64,000 bases of DNA, taken from Phoronis australis (lineage: Eukaryota; Animalia; Phoronida). Positions 26,801-41,800 of this stretch are shown one piece after another. The stretch is from NCBI GenBank assembly GCA_002633005.1, contig NMRA01000071.1, forward strand, positions 154,976-218,975, in the 5' to 3' direction. The notes under the pieces were generated by a model that was not told the DNA's origin, made no database searches, and was given only the letters and a program-made list of their open reading frames with translations. A program made the position numbers and the translations under genes. The stretch's first letter is position 1; every line of letters starts with the position of its first letter.

Positions 26801-29800
26801 ACATTCTCCACACCCAGTATTAACATAGTGCTGAACCCGTGGAATCAAAATAGTAAAATTGCCTCTCAAAGGGGCACAGAACAGGATAACAGGAGTTGCC
26901 CGAAATGTGTTGGTGACATCCCCTCCTTTACAAAGTATATCTGTCAACACTTGTTGACGGACTTGCCATAAACAAAAGGAAATGCAAAAACCTGAAACTG
27001 CCACTAGGTGTAGCAGCAGTTGTATCAATTCAAAAGATGGCAGACCACCCCCCCCCCCTACCCCCAATAACAACATGTCTGCCAAATTTCAGAGGTTAAG
27101 TAGACAGAGGGTTGGAAGTCAGACACCCAAAAACAGATGTACCCACACACGTACATATGAGTGCACAACTGAATATTGCCAGTGAGATCAATTGAATTGA
27201 ACAAGATGCACCATTACATTATCCCCTAGAAGATGTCCAAGCAATACACGGGTTCACTGAAATGATCATATATAATGGTACATCTCCATTTCCTCTTCAC
27301 TGCTGGTTAACAAAGCCATCTATATTGATCCTACGTTGTTTTTTGTATACTTGAGCTGGAAACAACACAAACATGTTTACAACCTTATCAAAATGATAAA
27401 AACTGTTAAACAGACCACAATCGACCTATCACTGATCGTCACAAAACTACCTGGAGGTAGAACTCCACTGCCATCTGTGGGTATAACAACATACTATGGG
27501 GAGGGCTACGTGCCATATTGCGGATTGAAGCATTAAGCCACAACCTTGCGGACTAGGAAGGCAGTGAAAGCATGTCATTAACAACAAAGAGCAACACATG
27601 CAAGATAAACCTTGGATTGATGTATGTGTCAGTGTAGTCCAGATATCCAGGATGTTGATAGTCACTGTAGTCATCCAGGTAAAGACTGCAACACAAACAC
27701 AGCACTGAGACACTATCTATAAATAGACAGTACTCAGTACAGCACTGAGACACTATCTATAAATAGACAGTACTCAGTACAGCACTGAGACACTATCTAT
27801 AAATAGACAGTACTCAGTACAGCACTGATACACTGTCTATAAATAGACAGTACTCAGTACAGCACTGAGACACTGTCTACAAATAGACAGTACTCAGCAC
27901 AGCACTGGGACACTGTCTACAAATAGATAGTACTCAGCACAGCACTGGGACACTATCTACAAATAGATAGTACTCAGCACAGCACTGGGACACTATCTAC
28001 ATATAGACAGACCGTACTCAGCACAGCACTGAGAGACTACCTACAGACAGACAGCACTCAACACAGCATTGAGACACTGTCTACAGCTAGATAGTACTCA
28101 ACACAGCTAATACATTATCAGCAAGTTCACAGCACTCAACAAAGCCCACAAATTATCAACAACTTGACAGTGCTCAACACAGCACTGAGACACTATCTAC
28201 AGTAAGACAGTACTCAACACACCACTGAGACACTATCTACAATTAGACAGTACTCAAAGCCCACTGATACACAGGGCTCAACACTAACGGTTGCCCGATT
28301 GCCCGTGTACATGTAGATTTTGCGTCGGGCAAGTGGAATTTGAAAAGTACTTGCCCGATGGGCAAGTTAAAAAGCTAGCCGCATAGACAGGTAGATCCTA
28401 AGATTGTCTGCTCGACATTTGCTCCAAAGTAACAAACCCCGACACAAGCCTAAAAACCGTCGAAAAAGTCCCTGTTGCCGTCAAAGAAACTCCCGTCTTC
28501 GAATGAGGACCGAAAGGAAAATAGATCGAGTGTTATGCAGCGTGCACAGATGACACTCGCGGTCATATCCTTTCGATTCTCTGAACGTGCCCTGCAGTTT
28601 CTGAATAAGTTGTCGCGTGATACTACTGATCGTCTGCACTCTGGCAAAACGTCTTAACATGGAAGCCGTCCAGGCCTGGACGGCATTGGTTTAGTTGCTA
28701 AAAAACAAGTTCAGGAAGAATCAAAGCAATAATATGAAACGAAAAAAGTGCGGGGATGGGTTCCGTCATGGGAAATTAGGTTTTCTGGCCTGCGAGACAG
28801 TGAACAATGGACGACGTTTGATTTTTGCCGGCGTTTACCCATGTACAGCTGGAAGCACCGCGTTCGTCAGCGGATGTAAGTCATACAGATAAGCGCAAAA
28901 GCTAAAAAGTGAAGGATTGACGACATATTTTCTACACTACACAGCAGTTTAAAAGGCCTGGTATTTATTTGCCCGAAGGGCAAGTGGCTTCAAAAGTTAA
29001 TGTTGAGCCCTGATACATTATCAACAAGTTGAGGTTACTCAACACAGCTGATGCATTATCAACAACTTGACATTACTCAACACAGCAGATACATTATTCC
29101 AGGGCGTCCATAATTCCGACGCATAACTCCCCACCTCCAGCAACCCCCCCCCCCCAAGCACACAGATTTTTTTACAAAAAATGCATAGACCAAGGTTTTT
29201 ACATCTAAGTTAAAAAAACAGCCTTCTGAAGTGAGCATTTTTAATAAAAAATTGGTGTAGACCAAGACTTTTACAATGCTATCAACCAAGTGTGAGCACA
29301 GCAACATTGTATATACTTTGTATATACATTGTATATTTCTTCCTGCTTTGAAATAAGAGCCCCCACTGAGCCTTAGAGGCTTCCTAGTAATCATTACAAT
29401 GTGTGAGTCCAAACTTGAAAGGTTCCTATTGACAGTGGGCCTCCAAATGATACATTGGGCGTCTTTGCCAGAGCTCCATATTAGTGCTAGGGGGTCCATT
29501 TGGACGCCCAGGACGTACGCTGCATAAAGGCCTGTCTGTACACCATAAACATACACCAGAGTGTACTAGGTACACCAAGAGTGTACTAGATACCCATATT
29601 CATCATTCTACGTACACCTCATATTTATCATCAAATCTTGTACATTTCTATCACAAAAATTCACAACGCAGTCACAGCCAAGTCCTGCACAAAATGGCCA
29701 CCATCTCCACTACGGCACTTTGTAAACTTTCTGTTTTACGGTTTCTCCAAATGCCCTTTGAAATGTACAGGGCTTGGAATGACCAATGACAAAAAACGCG

Positions 29801-32800
29801 GAAACTTTTACGGCCCAAATCATGCGCGCTACTCAGCACACATTTTTGGCTGCAGAGCCGTAGTATTTATCGCCGCGGTTTACAGTAACACGAGACGCCA
29901 TTGAAAATCCCACCACGCTATCCCAGATGCCCCGGCAATGTTGACAATTTACGTTCCTCCGTAACATAAAGAGCAACTTCCGCTTTTCGAGGTGAACGTC
30001 GTCTGCAACGAGAGCGGTAAGAAAGGAATTTGCCGCAGAAATTTTATATCAAATTCGATTTTTTTTACGCGGAAATATAATAAACTGCGCGGACAGAACA
30101 TTTGAAAAAAGCGGAAATCCGCGTTTCCACGGAAAATTCCAAGCCCTGAATGTAGAATTTGCACACACAGAACATATCTCTACATGAATGCAATATACCT
30201 TTTTGTTTCACAAAACGTTAGGAAAAACACATGGTCACCTGATCCAATTAAGGACAGCTTGGTATACAGTAAAAAATCAAATTCAATCTACAGTCTTTCA
30301 ACTTTCAGGGTATATGCACTTCCCCGAGTCAGACTATTAAAATCTATAATTTTGAAGATATTTGCCTAAAATTCACAATGCCCTACATAACCTTAAGGTC
30401 AACATATGGGCGTGAAAGGTCAACATATGGGCGTGAAAGAGCATTAGTGTCTATCACCATGAAATTATGTTCTAAATGTCAAATCACGACAATTTGCATT
30501 AACAGCTTTATGGATTTTAAAAGTTTGGTCGAAATATTAAATTGTATGAATGGTGTCCAAAAGTGCAATTATCTCTGCACAGCGGTCATCAGACCTGTCC
30601 ATCTGTTGCAGTGCTCGACCTGTACGCAGCCAATGAGGCAACTTCAGATTGAGTTCGGCAACCTAGGAAAATTCCGTAGCCATAAAGTCGCCAGAGCGAG
30701 CATAAGTCAGCCAGTAATTCCCCTGAAATTCGTTTCAAAGTTTGTGGTGACTTCCAAACATTAAATTACTCACAGTTTTCCTAGATTTAATACCTTTGGT
30801 TCATAATTGTTCCAGTGCATTTGTTATCCTCAACAATCATACATCACGCACACACAGGAAGATGGAAGTCGGAATTGTTTGGCAAAAATCGGGCAAGCTC
30901 AGAACATGAAACAAACGCCTCCAGTCTATGCAATCACTTGCGTTCTTCGCTGGCAGTAGGAATTTACTGAGTTAGAGATTAAATAGTGCATATTTTTTAC
31001 GAGGATAAATTGAAGAGGTATGCATAGTGTTCTGATTTTTTGAGAAAGGAGTACAGCATGACCATTTTTAGTCGACGATTTCGGCAACCTCAGATTCTGT
31101 TTGGCGACCCGGGATTTTGGCCGAGTGCGATTCAGAATTTTGTAGACAGTCGTAAATACTGGGGGTCAATCTCTCACTAAGTCTTTTGAAATTGATATGT
31201 GCAGTCAATGAAAGTAGTTGTTTGTGAGTCCAGCCCTTAGTCAGTTGGATTGTGTAAGTAAACACAGCTTATCAAAAGTGTTACGGTTCTGCTTGTGGAT
31301 ATAATTGTTTTATGAACCCTCAGGGATTTTGAACAGCCAAACCCGAATGGTCCAAATGGATATTGCACAAGGTTTAAGCAATACAGCCAAAAATGTGAAA
31401 AAAAACAACCAGCGGGCACAACAGTAGTATGACACATATGGAAATTCCTGTAAGTACTGCTCTTGTTTCTTAATTATCCTTTGAGTGCCACCATCAAAAA
31501 TGGATATAAGTTATAAAAATGACCACAAGATGGCAGTATAATAATGGACCAACGTTACCATACCTCAACAGAATCCTTTTTGTTGAATTTCAAAAAAATT
31601 CATCAATGAACTGCGAACATACACAGGAAAAAGGAAACAAATAAAATAGGTGGCACAACAGTCCTCGAATTGGTCAGAAATTCGTCATCATTTTTGCCAG
31701 CTCCATCGAGACACATCTACAAAAGTTGACACAGTTCCAGCAAAGTGCTCAGGAGGTACAGCCATGACAATAGTCATCAAACCCGTTCAAAAATCAATGT
31801 CAGTTGCAGTCTCCTCATTATGAATGGACCGGACAATTTTCCTTATCATCGATCAAGCAGCTTCGCATATAGGAAGGCAAACACCAAAAAACAGACTTGT
31901 CATTTTTTAAAATGGCGACTAAATAGTGCAGAATCGTCAAAGACATCTAAAAATGGAAAGTTGCCACCTCAATAGAAACTTAAATGCCAAATTTCATGAA
32001 AATCCTTAAAGAACTTCGATACACAGGCAAATGTGAATCCTTCAAATGGCCACTAGGGGACACAGCGAAAGTTTCATCTGTCCAAAATCCGTGGTCATCT
32101 GTCTGCAGCTTCACAGGAACACATCTACCTAATGTTAGCAAGATCCTTCAAAGGGTTTGGGAGACACAACAGGGGACACTGGACACCCAGACACCAGCCC
32201 CCACATATAAATATGAGGGCGCAGAAAAAGCACATTATCTGGCACAGAATACATCAAACCTATCTGAAAATGGGAAGGTCTCGTTGTGTTCCCCACAATG
32301 ATCTATTCTCAAAATTTTAACAAAATCAGTTCAGAAACTCCAAAGGTACAGAAGCGAACTTAAAACATTAGAATTACCACTACAAGGCATGTCAGTAATT
32401 AATGAGTGTTAAAGTGTGTCCATTACACCCACCTGTCTCCACCATCCACAATGTCCTGACTTTTCAAATATCGATCCACAGAATGTTGACTTCCATGATG
32501 ACTACCATAACCGTTACCATAGTAATCACTAAACACAAACAATAACAATTTAGACAGAGACAAACACAGTGCCTCAACACAAGCTATAATTAAACCAACA
32601 ACTGAAAAAGGATGATTCTGAAACATGTAATTTGAAGTTGCACAAAGTACATGTACCCAAGTCTAGATAGTCTGCAGTTAGTCTTAGTCAGAACCAGTTT
32701 CTCAAGGTTAGTCTTATTCAGCGCCCGTTTCTCACAGTTAGTCATAGTCAGCATCCATTTCTCAATGTTAGTCTTAGTCAGTTCCAGTTTCTCAAGGTTA

Positions 32801-35800
32801 GTCTTATTCAGCGCCAGTCTCTCACAGGTAGTCTTAGTCAGCGCCCGTCTCTCAAAGTTAGTCTAAGTCAGCACCAGTTTCTCAAAGTTAGTCTTAGTCA
32901 GCACCTGTTTCTAAAGGTGGTCTTATTCAGCGCCCATTTTCCTAAGTTAGTCTTAGTCAGCGCCCATCTCTCAAAGTTAGTCTTATTTAGCGCCCGTCTC
33001 CCAAAGTTCGTCTTAGTCAGCACCTGTTTCGAAAGGATGGTCTTATTCAGTGCCCATTTCCCAAAGTTCGTCTTATTCAGTGCCCATTTCCCAAAGTTGG
33101 TCTTATTCTGCGCCTATTTCCCAAAGTTCGTCTTATTCAGCGCCCATATCCCAAAGTTCGTCTTATTCAGCACCCATTTCCCTAAGTTCGTCTTGGTCAG
33201 TGCTCATTTCTCAAAGAGGCCATCTTTTTACCTTTATTGGCCAAAAATCAGAAATTTGACAGAAATAACGCTCATTCAATACAAACAAGGAAGTTTGTCC
33301 ATTTACATATGACGTGATCATGTACATTACTACACATAGTAACATCAGCTATAGCAACGTTTTTGGCGGGTTAACCAAATTTTAGAATAAATTGCAGTGC
33401 TCCATGGTAAGCTAAACACCAAGTTGCATTTGGCAACCTGGCAAAATTCCCAGGTCACCAAGCGAAATCTTAGATCGCCAAAACTGAAAATCTCAGGCAC
33501 AAAAATCATTTCTCAATTGTGAGTTTTCTGATCGGGCATAAAAAGTTCGTTGACTAAAAAAAGGTCGAGCGGCCATAACGTCACCGATTGTCCTGCATTC
33601 TTCCAATTTCCACCGTGAATACGTAGATGTAGACATATGTTCATTCTCTAACTCATCGGAACAACACAGAATGCAGACGACCACAAGGGCTGGTGACGCG
33701 AATTCTGCCTAAATTATTTCTTGTTTCTAACACCAAATGTCCCGATTTCACGAAATCAATGGATCAATTGTAAAGCAAAGGTAATAAATCCAGGAAAAAT
33801 TTCGGTAATTTAAAGTTTGCAAGTCAACACATACTTTGAAATGAATTTAGAGAAAATTATTGTCTGACCTTGGTTTTTAACCATATATCAATAAAGCATA
33901 AAAATATTTCCAGGTGATCAGTGCAATGGGCCCACATGCGAGGCCTGCGCACGTCTGATACGTGTATCAGACCGCCTGCAATTATTTTTATTTTGGTCTG
34001 ACCTTCATAGTTGCACTTCATGGCCACTTGGGATTGTTCCCAGGTTGCCAAACACAATCTGAGGTTGCATTGGCGTTCTGCAGGTTGCCATATCAAGTGG
34101 TGAATTGAAATACTAGGCTATCCCATCAAACTCCCGAGGCTATGTGGATAGACATTGATATCTTGGAAATCATCTTCATTGCATCTCTCGTTCATTGTAT
34201 TCAAAATACTTCTTAAATCGTCGAGTTTGCACACTCCGAATTAAGAAATAGTTCTCTATGCCAGTATGATGAATGTTCAAGGTATTATTTACTCAAGAGG
34301 CTACAATAAACAGAGCTTACATATCACAAAAGTATCCTAGCGCGTGTAAACTTTCACTTTGGTGACTGGGCCAAGCTTCACTCTGTGTTTTAGTGTAATG
34401 AAAACAGGATGCTATGAAAAAGTTCAATCGTTATGGCTTTCAATGTAAAATTGATACAATTGGTTAAAAACCGTGATGCTTTGAAACGGGATTCTTCCAA
34501 ATTTAAAGAAATGACAAGGAGCTTTGGTGAGTCTAAAAATTTTAAATTCACCAATTGATCATTTGAATACGGCATGCAGTGAAGAAGTGAATGGTCACAG
34601 TGGAAGAAAGAAATTTAACCTTCAATGCACACACCTGCATGGTTTTAGGCTATTGAATAAACAGTTTCAGTTCCTTAAAATTCCGTTAGAAAAGAGTACG
34701 GTCCAATTTGGCAGCAAAAAAGTTCTCAACCTCTATGTATATATACATTATAACGTCATACGTGAAATGACTAATATTGTATCAAATGAGCATGCTACAA
34801 ATAGCCACAAATCTTTAGCATTTCTCAAAAACATAATGGCCTTCATTCTGTTTGAGCAGATTATGGACTTGGGTCGTAGCAGAATTTCTGGCTTTCAGCC
34901 TTAGCCAGATTTTCGTAAAAAGGCTGACCCATCCGTAGATTGATTTTTAGCCAATAGACACCTGGACAAACAGGCTTGAGATGTGCCCCCACCATGACAT
35001 TGCAGACATCACTTTCTTCACTAAAATGTCAGAAACTCACAATAATCAACATCACACACCGTCTTTAGACTAACTCAATCAATTGGAGTTCTATCCGTGA
35101 ACATCAAACCCTTCCCTGCATTTGCACTGGATTCACTTTGTCACTTACTCCAGTTCAAATGACTTAAGATCCCAATCAGTTCTCAGTCACAACTTCCTGC
35201 TTACAGACCAATAACATGTCCTAGCCAGTTCTCAGTCACAACTTCCTGCTTACAGACCAATAACATGTCCTAGCCAGTTCTCAGTCACAACTTCCTGCTT
35301 ACAGACCAATAACATGTCCTAGCCAGTTTTCGTAAACTGGTGATTAGTTATTCAAGTGCAAACTGTTATTAGTTTGCAATTAGGAAAATGAACACTTAAA
35401 ATTATTTCACTTAAAAGCTTTAACTATATACACACAAACAATACATGCACCCACGCACACACGCACTAACCCACCTGCCCACACCGTGTCAAAATTAAAG
35501 CAGTGTATATTCTGTTAAACAGACTAACAGTGTATATTCTGTTAAACAGACTAACAGTGTATATTCTGTTAAACAGACTAGCAGTGTATATTCTGTTAAA
35601 CAGACTAACAGTGTATATTCTGTTAAACAGACTAACAAAACAATGTTAGCATTCCCACCTTTCCCTGGCCTGAGTCAAAGGTCGACTGTTGTAGTAAAGA
35701 GGCTCTGAACTTTCAGTATCACTTCGACCGTGATGGTAAGGACTGTCATGTGGAGGGTAGTCACGTTGATCTTCATATTGGTCAAAGCTGAAACCAAGCA

Positions 35801-38800
35801 GAAGTGGAAAGGTCAAGGTTATCTAGGACCCTGGAAAAATTTCAAATCTGGCTCAAACTCGAATGAAACTTTCAGGTACTATGCTTTGTGCTCTGTACTT
35901 CAAAATACTGTTCGGAACAGTTTTAAAATGTTCCACTTTTGCATGAGGGCTATCAAAAACAGGACTTTCACATTTTCTTTAAATCAAATCTGCATTTATA
36001 AAACAAAAGAATATATATAGGTAAATAAAACAACAAGAATGGATCTACTGAAATTTTCGGATATGATAATATCCTTCGTCAACAGAAACAGAAATAAAGT
36101 AAAATCAAACACAATTGTCATATAGTGTTTGATTTTACTTATTATTTCTGTTTCTGTTGACGAAGGATGTTATTTTATCCGAAAATTTCAGTAGATCCAT
36201 TCTTCTTGTTTTATTTACCTATATATATTCTACATTTCGTGAAACAATAGTATCCTTGAGGATCTGGATCGCCTTATTTAGTTTTAGATTTATTTTCTAC
36301 GTTATTTAAAACAAGAGGAATGTATAATTGAGAAAACTAACTGTTCATCATTTTTGAGATGTTATCTGGAATATTTATATCAAATGGAATGTGACCATGT
36401 CATTAATACTGTTGTCTTGAATATTCATATCAAATGGAATGTGACCATGTCATTAATACTGTTGTCTTGAACATTCATATCAAATGGAATGTGACCATGT
36501 CATTACTGTTGTCTTGAACATTCATATCAAATGGAATTTACTCAATGTTCGTAATGCCATTGTTTTCTAAAAAATGTGCTTAATATTCTTTTGCACTTAA
36601 TTTTACTTAACCCTTATCCAAGGTACCTAAACTACACGTTTAACAGATTCGTAAACACGGCCCACAGACGCATGAACACGACTCACGGAGCTGCAAACAC
36701 CGTCCACTGACTCACAAACACGGGAACGAACTCACAAAACACGATCCACGCACCCAAATACACGGGACACGGACTCATATTCCCGAGGAAACACGGTTAA
36801 CGGACCGCAAAACATGGTTTACAAACAAAATGGAGATGTCAGCTGACCAAGGAAGCCGATGAGTCCGTGACCCGTGTTTGGCGGTCCGTTAACCGTGTTT
36901 CCTCGTGAACGGAGTCCGTGTCCCGTGTATTTGGGTACATGGACCGTGTTTTGCGAGTCCGTTCCCGTGCTTGTGAGTCAGTGGACGGTGTTTGCAGGTC
37001 CGTGAGTCGTGTTCATGCGTCCGTGCCCGTGTTTATGAGTCCGTTGACCATGTAGTTTAGGTACCTTGTTATCCTGCTAAGCCTCTATTCAGACAACTTT
37101 CCCTGTGCACTGAGCTAAGTAGGTCACCATTGCTGCTGTGCACTGGGCTGTTATGAAGGTCACTCAGACTAATGACCTAACATGTTTAGATTGGAAATTT
37201 GAAGGGGTTATGTCAACTTGACATAAAAGTGGCCTGCATGAAAGTTGTTCAGAATTTATTGGAGATTTTCATCATATGCATATCTTTACTGTAGCCTTGG
37301 TGTAAATAATTCTATAAACTTTCAAACTGAACACTCTTTGTTTTTATCTGTTTTTGTACATGAGAACATTAGAGCTGACACTCAAAAACCGTAATAAGCA
37401 TTAAATGAGACTTGCATGTTTAATAAAGCACATTTATTGTCTGTAACATCACATCTACAAACAAGAATGTACAGTACCTCAACTTTGCACGATTACAAAT
37501 TCATGACTGGTGCAGTTGCTTGCTAAAGTCTGTTTTGAATTTCACATTGGTGTGCAAAAACTTGAACCATGGGTGGAGACACAAAGCTATTCTGTGAAAG
37601 TCACAAAAATATCTAGTTCTGAATGAGTTCCATAATGTTTCAGAGGCCCTTTCATTATGCCTGAAGGGGGTGAGTCAACCATCGTCGTAGGCCCCTCCAA
37701 GTTCAGCTTCAGGGACCGATAACTCCTCCAAAATTGCACTGAGATCCAAATCGAAAGAATCTGCATTACTGTGCCTGTTGTGTTAAGTTTCCCCGTCACT
37801 GTCACCGTCACTTTCGAGTGCCAATTCCAGCTCGTTTTCACTATGTGAGTCCAAGAAAACTTCCTCACCAAACTGGTCAATAGTCACCTTACCACGTTTG
37901 GCACCAGCCAAGATACAACTAACGTAAACTTTCAAATATCTCGGAAACAAATAACCACAGCCATATGTTGTAAATCAGAAAAATGTACAGGAAACTATGA
38001 ACTGCGGAATGCGCATGCTCATGTATATAATCAACATACGGGGCTTTCACAATTTCTGAATGAAAAACACCAGTGTACTGGGGTGCGTACACACTCCTTG
38101 CGCAGCCTAGCCGTAGCTTATTATAGGCGATTGAGCACAACCGACGCAATTTAATAGGATAATAGACTTGTCGGCTGACCTCGCCTAGCGCAGGATAAGG
38201 GTTAATAGACACATGGCTGATTGGTATAAAATAAACATCAAATTCAGAATTTAAACTTTTAACTCATTAAATCCACTAGTTTTGAAGATATTTGGTCGGT
38301 AAGGACCCATATAACCTTAAGAAACAGAGACAGGGTTGAGACACGGAGTGAGAGGTACAACTATACAATGTGCGTGTAGGACCAGCTGACATTCCAGGAA
38401 AGACAATGAAGCTTCACCACACTTTGGTGCAATACACTCTAACAAATCTCACAAAATGTCTCAACCACCACTTTAATTGATGGTTAATATACGCATGGGT
38501 GCCTGGAGCAAGTATTTACAAAACAGTTGCATTAACAACATTTTAATTTAGTTGTTCAAGTGCCATCAACCCTGTGATCCCATAGTAACACTTTCAGCCT
38601 TCAACCAAAAACTGGAATACCTGTCATAGCGACTGTCCATGCTATCGTCATAGTAACGGTCATCATGTGTGAGGCGAGGACGTTCACTTCCCAACTGATG
38701 GGCAGACACATTGTGCTGATGGCGCGTGGGATAGTTGATATCACTAGTATAGTCACTGTCTGCATCAGACATACCAGCTGTAACATACATGAGATATACT

Positions 38801-41800
38801 ATATCAGATGTGTATAATGACTCTATAACAGACCACGTATTATACGCATGAGTTACTACTCCAGTCAGATACTGTGTAAGACAAGAGAGCAACAAACCAC
38901 AACTTCAGAATAAGAAGTTTTAACTTAAAAACATCTGAACCATTTGGCGGACATGTTCAGCTGTAATTGGTCATCAACTGAAAGGTTGAGCAACTCAATG
39001 TAGGAATCTCTGACAGCCCACATCAGGGTCGTTTCTAGACGTGTTTACTACTAATATGAAGAAATCATTAAGCAATGACGTGCAAAACACATGTCACACA
39101 TCTACCAAATTCTCATTGAGACACACAATATGAACATTAATTAAGACTGTAGACATACATTTTACATTATGCTCCATAAACAATGAGATAACAAACTAAC
39201 TTTTGGTACAAAATCTTGGGACACAATATGGCAGACAGGTAAAACTGACATTTCTGTCAACTTTCTCAATAACAATTATAACTTCTCAAGAAAATTTACT
39301 TCTTTTAGCATGACCTGCATTACCCAATAGCTATTACCACACAGTCAGCATTTGTTCAAATTTAGAGTATTTGCAACAATGTGGTAAGCATTAGAAAATA
39401 GAAGTACCGCTAGTTTAGCAATATTATTTTTGTCCAGAATTGATTTTCTTACGTAATAGTCATAACATTTAATATTGAACTGTGTATACATACACTGTGA
39501 ATAAGCCCTCCTGTGTTGACTCTTTAGAAAGTTCATCTAAAATAGATAGGACACTTCATTAATGAAAGAACAAGGAGAATATAAGAGATAGACAATGAAT
39601 GAGACAGACAGTGAGTGAGACAGACAGGAAAAGAGACAGACAGTGAATGAGACAGACAGTGAATGAAACTGACAGTGAATGACACAGGCAGTGAATGATA
39701 TGCTCAGTGAATGAGAAACACAGTGAATGAGAGACAGTGAATGAGACAGGCATTGAATGAGACAGGCAGTGAATGAGATACCCAGTGAATGAGACAGAAA
39801 GTGAATGAGACAGACAGTGAATGAGACAGACAGTGAATGAGACAGACAGTGAATGAGACAGGCAGTGAATGAGACAGGCAGTGAATGAGACAGGCAGTGA
39901 ATGAGATACACAGTGAATGAGACAAGACACTGAATGAGACAGACAGTGAATGAGACAGACAGTGAACGAGACAGACAGAGAATGAGATACACAGTGAATG
40001 AGATACACAGTGAATGAGAAAGGCACTAAATGAGACTGGCAGTGAATGAGACGGACAGTGAATGAGATACACAGTGAATGAGATAGACAATCATGGTGAC
40101 CTTTTCGAACACAGGAGCAATCATGAGAAAACCTCGAATAACTTGAAAACGTTGAGCCACACTGGAAAAATGGATACCGCTTGACAAGACATATCGACAA
40201 CAATCTTTTCCACAGCTTCTTTTACCATTATTGGAGATCAACCAACATCTGCAGGGCAAAAATTGCAGGCTAACTAGTGCAGAGTTACTATTGCGGAGTA
40301 ACTAGTGCAGACTAAATAGTACAGAGTAATTAGTGTATGACAGCAATTAGAGAAGACAGCCAACAATGCCTTATAAAAAGCGAACAACAATAGTTTTCAT
40401 TGAAAGTTGACAATTTTGTCTAGCTTCGTCAAAATGACTGCAAAAAACCAAGAAAGCAGAGGATATATAACATTCCTTCATTCTACAATAAGCTGTAAAT
40501 CTTTACTGCAAAATTTCAGCGATATTATTAGATTTTTTTAACTCTTATATACATAAACCAACATGGTATCATAACAGAGGCTCTCTCAAATCTTGTCTTG
40601 GTGGCTTGTCAAACAGCAGATTATTTTGTAAAAATACCTATAAGTGATATGCAAGAGATAGCACTTCAGTGACACAAAGTAGCAAAAGACTACACTACAC
40701 AACATCTAAAACCACAGTGAACCATGCATATTTAATCAAACACATCTACACAAGTACACAACATACAAAGAAATTTTCACTGGAGCACAGAGTAATTTAC
40801 AAGTACTGCTCAGACCTTGCATCTAAGATGAAGCTCAGACTACCAATGGGAAGGACAAGTCTTCTAATGGGAAGGACAGACTTTCTGATGAGAAGAAAAA
40901 ACCTCAGCAGCGTGACATAGCTTAACAGTTACTTTGAGTACAAAATGAAGAGGCCTGTCCTTTACATCACAACCCCCGTCTGTCAGAATATAGTCTGACA
41001 GTATTTTTAGTTGTATTGTTTTGTTTTTTTATTCCGTTTAATTGCCATGATCCCTGAATTAAGTACAATGATGATGTAATTTGTTTACTTCAAAATAGTA
41101 TGGAACTTTCTAGAAGACACTGGCATGACGGTGATTAATACATTCTGGAATATTCCAGAGACTAGTACATGTTTGTAGAATGTTTGGGTAGATTCAGGAA
41201 AGTTCTAGAATGTGCTTGGATTGATGTAAAGTTCCAGAACAATGCATTAGGCTATAAATACACACGCACGGGTTTGTGTTAGTCAGATAATCAGCAGTTC
41301 AAGAAAGTTAATCAGGAGAATTACAGTTGAGTTGCAGTGAAGAGAATCAGCAGTTACATCGATAGTCAATAGAGCCAGCTATAGAGATAGCAGGTTATTG
41401 AATTGACGAGTGTAAAAGTTGCTGAACGTGTCTCAGAAGTTTATCAAATGTCAAGGCTTCGCAGCACTGGCTGGAGCATAGAGCAGACATTATGTCGGAC
41501 ATTTTGTTTGAGTAGGATTGTGAACGTACGGTCGGGATTAATAAAGGACTCACTCGAACCAGTCTTCAGTCAGTCGTCGCACCGAAAGCTATTAGCACCG
41601 GTCTGTAACAACCTGCGCCCACCCACACACGGGGAAAAACGCGACACCGTCTTTCTCATCAAAATTCAATCCTTCCCATCAAAAACCTTCGCCTTCCCAC
41701 CAGGCCCCCTCCCCTCCTGCCTTAACGAAACATTTTATGTGCCCATGAATCAGGACGTGTTCTGTAAAATACTATTCACCTTGATATACAACAGGCATCA

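Noticed and set aside
29100-29512. Possible further hAT-like element (cagggcgtcca..tggacgcccag)
   Set aside because: Terminal mismatch and no TSD found.
35816-38320. Possible Kolobok-like TIR pair (aaggttat..ataaccttaa)
   Set aside because: The match is short and imperfect, and a similar end at about 30390 makes the pairing ambiguous.
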